Shown in pieces: positions 59,544 to 64,000 of a stretch of DNA of 64,000 nt; the first letter of the stretch is position 1; each line of letters opens with the position of its first letter. The notes beneath the pieces are model-generated. The model saw only the letters and a program-made list of their open reading frames with translations, searched no databases and had not been told where the DNA came from. The translations under genes were made by a program, and so were the position numbers. The stretch is taken from NCBI GenBank assembly GCA_963667785.2, contig CAXXMU010000001.1:1088001-1152000 (forward strand). Direction: 5' to 3'. Source of the stretch: Alphaproteobacteria bacterium. GTDB taxonomy: Bacteria > Pseudomonadota > Alphaproteobacteria > UBA828.

Positions 59544-60614
59544 ATGCTGGGCCCGGTCTATCTCGTCCCGCGCCAGCAGGCGCCGCTCTGGCTGCGGGCG
59601 GCGACCTTCGTCGGCGGTATCGCGCTGGGCCTCCTGATCGCCTTCGGCATCCTCATCGCCTACGGCGTCACCGCAGGGCAGATCGTCAACGAGTTCATCG
59701 TCTTCGTGTTCCTCGACCTGAACGGCCTTGCCCAGGTGGTGACCGCCTCGACGCCGCTGGTGCTCGTCGGGCTGGCCGCCGCGGTCGCGCTCAAGCTCAA
59801 GTTCTGGAATATCGGCGTGGAGGGGCAGATGTGGCTCGGCTGCATCGCCGCTACCGGCGTCGCCATCTTCGACATCGGGCCGGACTTCCTGCGTCTGCCG
59901 CTCATGTTCATCGCCGCCGCCGCGGCCGGCGCCTGCTGGATCGGCATCCCTGCCTTTCTCAAGCTCCGCTTCCGGGTCAACGAGATCATCACCTCGCTGC
60001 TGCTGACCTACGTCGCCTATCAGCTCGTCCAGCATCTCCTCTTCGGCCCGTGGCACGACCCGGGCAGCGCCTTCCCCAACTCCAGGCACTACGACGAGGC
60101 CGGCGAGCGGCTCGCGCGGCTCGGCTGGGGCTCCTCCCACACCGGGATCTGGATCGCGCTGGGGACCGGCGTTCTGCTCTGGTTCGCGATGACGCGCGCC
60201 AGGCTCGGCTTCTACATGGATGCAATCGGTGCCAACGTCGACGCGGCGCGGGCGGCAGGCGTGCCCGTCGTGCTCACGACCGCGCTCGCGGCGCTCATGT
60301 CCGGCGGGCTCGCCGGCGTCGCCGGCGCGTCGCTGGCTGCCGGCCAGGAATACCGCATGACGCTGTTCATCGCCGGCGGCTACACCTTCAGCGGCATCGT
60401 CATCGCCTTCATCGGGCGCTTCCGGCCCATCCCCGTCATCGTCACCGCCTTCGTGGTGGGCGGCGTCTACACGGCGGGCGACACGCTCAAGGTCTTCTAT
60501 CAACTGCCCGCCGCGATGACGACGTTGATCGAGGCGGTCATCCTCTTCACCTTCGTCGTGGTCGAGTTCTTCAGCCGCTACCACGTCACCTTCGGCACGC
60601 GGGAGCGCGCCTGA
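59544..60614 (+). CDS. Nucleoside-type ABC transporter permease
   Basis: WNIG.EGQ, VNEIITSLLL, GAN..AARAAG, SGGLAG, with multiple TM segments. Confidence 0.9.
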   Translation: MLGPVYLVPRQQAPLWLRAATFVGGIALGLLIAFGILIAYGVTAGQIVNEFIVFVFLDLNGLAQVVTASTPLVLVGLAAAVALKLKFWNIGVEGQMWLGCIAATGVAIFDIGPDFLRLPLMFIAAAAAGACWIGIPAFLKLRFRVNEIITSLLLTYVAYQLVQHLLFGPWHDPGSAFPNSRHYDEAGERLARLGWGSSHTGIWIALGTGVLLWFAMTRARLGFYMDAIGANVDAARAAGVPVVLTTALAALMSGGLAGVAGASLAAGQEYRMTLFIAGGYTFSGIVIAFIGRFRPIPVIVTAFVVGGVYTAGDTLKVFYQLPAAMTTLIEAVILFTFVVVEFFSRYHVTFGTRERA

Positions 60615-61543
60615 TGGCCGCCGACTTCGTCCAGAACTGGCTCGCCACCACGCCGGGCTTCGCCACGCCCTTCCTGCTCGGCGCGCTCGGCCTGATGATC
60701 AACGAGCGCGCCGGCGTGCTCAATCTGGGCTGCGAGGGCATGATGCTGGTGGGGGCGATGACCGGCGCGGTCGTGAGCTTCCACACCGGGCTCGCCGGGG
60801 CCGCCATCCCCGTCGCCATGCTGGCGGGCGCCCTGGTGGCCCTCGTCTTCGGCATCGCGGTCGTCGTCTTCCGCACCGATCAGGTGCTGACCGGGCTGAT
60901 CGTCGTCGCCCTGGGCGACGGGCTCACCGGGGTCATCGGCCGGCCCTACATGTTCGAGAAGGTGGCGGGCTTCCGCGACCTCGACCTCGGCCCGCTCAGC
61001 GACATCCCGTGGCTCGGCCCGATCCTCTTCCAGCAGGACATCCTGGTCTACGCCGCCGCGGCGCTCGCCGTGCTCGTGTGGTGGGGGCTCGACAGGTCGG
61101 ACGCGGGCCTCAGGCTGCGGGCCGTCGGCGAAGACCCCGCGACGGCCGACATCGCCGGGGTGAACGTGCAGCTCTTCAGGCTGTCTGCGGTGGTCCTCGG
61201 CGGTGCGCTCTGCGGCATGGCCGGCGCCTACCTGTCGCTCGCCTCGAGCTTCGTCTGGACCGAGCACATGGTCGGCGGCCGCGGCTGGATTGTCATCGCG
61301 CTGGTGATCTTCTCGGGCTGGCGGCCGGGGCGCGCGGTCATCGGCGCGCTCATCTTCGGCGGCGCCGAGGCGCTGATTCCGCGCATCCAGGCGATGGGCT
61401 TCGACGTGCCCATCTATCTCGTGGGCATGCTTCCCTACGTGCTGACGCTCGCGGTGCTGATCGTCCCCACCATCCTGCGCGGTGAGCGCTCGCCCGCGCC
61501 GAGCGGGCTTCTGCTCAACTACCTCCGCCAGGACAGGCGCTAG
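60614..61543 (+). CDS. Nucleoside-type ABC transporter permease
   Basis: ERAGVLNLG.EG.ML, GLRLRAVGE.P..AD.AGVNV, GRGWI.IALVIF..W.P, MLPY.LT. TGATG coupling. Confidence 0.9.
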   Translation: MAADFVQNWLATTPGFATPFLLGALGLMINERAGVLNLGCEGMMLVGAMTGAVVSFHTGLAGAAIPVAMLAGALVALVFGIAVVVFRTDQVLTGLIVVALGDGLTGVIGRPYMFEKVAGFRDLDLGPLSDIPWLGPILFQQDILVYAAAALAVLVWWGLDRSDAGLRLRAVGEDPATADIAGVNVQLFRLSAVVLGGALCGMAGAYLSLASSFVWTEHMVGGRGWIVIALVIFSGWRPGRAVIGALIFGGAEALIPRIQAMGFDVPIYLVGMLPYVLTLAVLIVPTILRGERSPAPSGLLLNYLRQDRR

Positions 61544-61601
61544 AGAAGACCTGCGGCCGGGCCGGCCGGATGCGACGCCAATCAAGCAGAGGAGACGGAG
61601 A

Positions 61602-62213
61602 ATGTCCGGCATGACGACGATTCGCGAGACCCACGACGTGGCGGCACGCACCGGCAAGAGCTTCGAGGTGCAGACCGGCGATCTCATCCGCATCACCGAT
61701 CTGGAGGGCTCGCAGCCCGTGGACTTCTGGGCCTTCAGCAAGGCCGATCATCTCGAGTTCCTCTCCTGCGAGCACACCAAGCCCTCGATCGAGAAGCTGT
61801 TCCCGCATGTGGGCGATTCCGCCTACACCAATCGGCGGCAGAGGATCGTCACGGTCATGGGCGACACCTCGCCCGGCCAGCACGACATGCAGTACGCCGC
61901 CTGCGATCCCACGCGCTATGCCGAGCTGGGCGTCGAGGGCTATCACGAGAGCTGTCAGGAGAACCTGCACCTGGCGCTGGGGGGCGTCGGCATCGCGCTC
62001 GACTTCACGCCGCAGCCCTGGAACCTGTTCACCAACTTCTTCATCAATCCCGACGGCACCTTCACCATCAAGGCGCCGGAATCGGAGCCGGGGGATCACA
62101 TCGTGCTGAGGGCCGAGATGGACGCCACCATCGTCGTCTCCGCCTGTCCCCAGGACCAGAACCCGACCTGCGGCGGCACGCCCACAGACATCCGGGTCGA
62201 GGTGGGGCGCTGA
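61602..62213 (+). CDS. DUF1989 / urea carboxylase-associated family protein
   Basis: G.SF.V..GD..RITD.EG.Q..DFWAF, EFLS..HT, DTSPG.HD...AAC, SC.ENL, P.NLF.N, S.PGD...LRAEMD..V.SACPQD. Confidence 0.85.
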   Translation: MSGMTTIRETHDVAARTGKSFEVQTGDLIRITDLEGSQPVDFWAFSKADHLEFLSCEHTKPSIEKLFPHVGDSAYTNRRQRIVTVMGDTSPGQHDMQYAACDPTRYAELGVEGYHESCQENLHLALGGVGIALDFTPQPWNLFTNFFINPDGTFTIKAPESEPGDHIVLRAEMDATIVVSACPQDQNPTCGGTPTDIRVEVGR

Positions 62214-62260
62214 GCGTGGCGTGGCGCCACGCTGGCCCCGGCGGTGGCGAGCAATCCGGG

Positions 62261-62818
<558 letters not shown>

Positions 62819-62985
62819 CGCTGCCTCGATCCTGATCACGTGTCCGAACACTCGGGAGCGCCGCTCTGTAGCAGAGCTTGCCGCCGGGGGCCAGCAGCGC
62901 GTACGCGTAGCGGTTGCATTGCCCGCGAATCCGGCTATTCCTGTCCTGCCGCCGGTGCCCATGGCGGGACCGGTCACGGGATCCA

Positions 62986-63951
62986 ATGGCACGGCTCGAC
63001 GTCCTCCTCATCGCACGCGGCATAGGCGCGCTGCTGCTCGCCATACTGGCGGGGGCCCTGCTCGCCGCAGCGGCGCCTGCGGTGGAGCCCGACCCGGCCA
63101 GTCCCGATGCGGCGGCGCGCGGCGCCTACATCCTGCGCGCGGCGGGCTGTGCCTCCTGCCACACCGACCACGCGGGCGGCGGCGCGTTCCTCGCCGGCGG
63201 GCGGATGCTGTCCTCGCCCTGGGGAGCCATCGCGGCCCCCAACATCACGCCTGATCGGGAGACCGGCATCGGCGGCTGGTCGGACGAGGACTTCGTCCGC
63301 GCGCTGCGCGACGGCAAGTCGCCTTCGGGCCGCACCTACTATCCGGCCTTTCCCTACACCGCCTATGCCGCCATGCGCCGCGAGGACATGCTCGATCTCA
63401 AGGCCTATCTCGACACGGTGACACCGGTCGCCGCCGCCAACAGACCGCACGAGCTGCGCTTTCCCTTCAGCGTGCGGCTCTTTCTCCATCCCTGGCGCTG
63501 GCTCTTCTTCGAGCGCGAATCGGCGGAGTCCGATCCCGCTCCGGACGTGCGCCTGGCGCGCGGGCGCTACCTCGTCGAGACGCTGGGCCACTGCGCCGAG
63601 TGCCACACGCCGCGCAACATGCTGGGTGCGCCGAAGCGCGGCAGCCACATGGCGGGCACGCGCTACGGGCCGGGCGGCGCGTCGGTGCCGAACATCACGC
63701 CCGATGCCGAGACCGGTATCGGACCCTGGTCCGAGGCCGATCTGGTATTCTTCTTCCGCACCGGCTTCACCCCCGGCGGCGACGACGTGCAGGGCGAGAT
63801 GCGCGAGGCCATCGACGATGGGCTGCGCCATCTCACCCAGGAGGATCTGGAGGCGATGGCCGCCTATCTCAAGGCGCTGCCCGCGATCCGCAATCGGGTG
63901 AGCACGGCGGTGCCGGCGCCTGCCGCCGTTTCGTTCGGCGATGACTGGTGA
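62986..63951 (+). CDS. Diheme c-type cytochrome (periplasmic)
   Basis: Signal peptide, RGAY....GCASCHT, PNITPD..TGIG.W, YYPAFPY, RGRYLV..LGHCAECHTPR. Confidence 0.88.
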   Translation: MARLDVLLIARGIGALLLAILAGALLAAAAPAVEPDPASPDAAARGAYILRAAGCASCHTDHAGGGAFLAGGRMLSSPWGAIAAPNITPDRETGIGGWSDEDFVRALRDGKSPSGRTYYPAFPYTAYAAMRREDMLDLKAYLDTVTPVAAANRPHELRFPFSVRLFLHPWRWLFFERESAESDPAPDVRLARGRYLVETLGHCAECHTPRNMLGAPKRGSHMAGTRYGPGGASVPNITPDAETGIGPWSEADLVFFFRTGFTPGGDDVQGEMREAIDDGLRHLTQEDLEAMAAYLKALPAIRNRVSTAVPAPAAVSFGDDW

Positions 63952-64000
63952 GGCGCCGCAAGGGGCGCGCTGTCGCCCGCCGGGCGACTCGTGTATCGTG

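Overview
A very GC-rich (about 70% by eye), densely coding bacterial chromosomal segment, most likely from an Alphaproteobacterium. This rests on petABC, the thiE-efp-suhB string, an NADP-ICDH starting [20 protein letters not shown] and a CGTC-type palindromic repeat. About 53 genes are supported. Housekeeping genes (efp, suhB, thiE, petABC, fhs, icd) are interleaved with many catabolic enzymes: CoA ligases and transferases, a beta-oxidation operon, amidohydrolases and flavin monooxygenases. The standout is an ~19 kb LysR-centred, divergently transcribed cluster (43479-62213). Each arm has an M24/creatinase-fold hydrolase followed by an ATP-dependent hydantoinase/oxoprolinase A+B pair. The left arm adds a cytosine-deaminase-like enzyme lacking the catalytic Glu; the right arm adds a BMP-type ABC importer and a DUF1989 protein. 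It looks like an uncharacterised pathway for a creatinine-like or cyclic amidine/ureide compound. A third hydantoinase A/B pair sits with a luciferase-like monooxygenase and a class III aminotransferase, possibly for lactam catabolism. Also present: an intact AbrB/MazF toxin-antitoxin pair with promoter and operator, an orphan AbrB antitoxin followed by a 28-codon PIN-toxin relic, a CoA-transferase-fold heterodimer apparently lacking the catalytic Glu, and a TPR/2OG-Fe(II) oxygenase fusion. No rRNA, tRNA, CRISPR array, transposase or integrase was recognised. All calls come from reading motifs by eye, with no database search, and start codons are best guesses.
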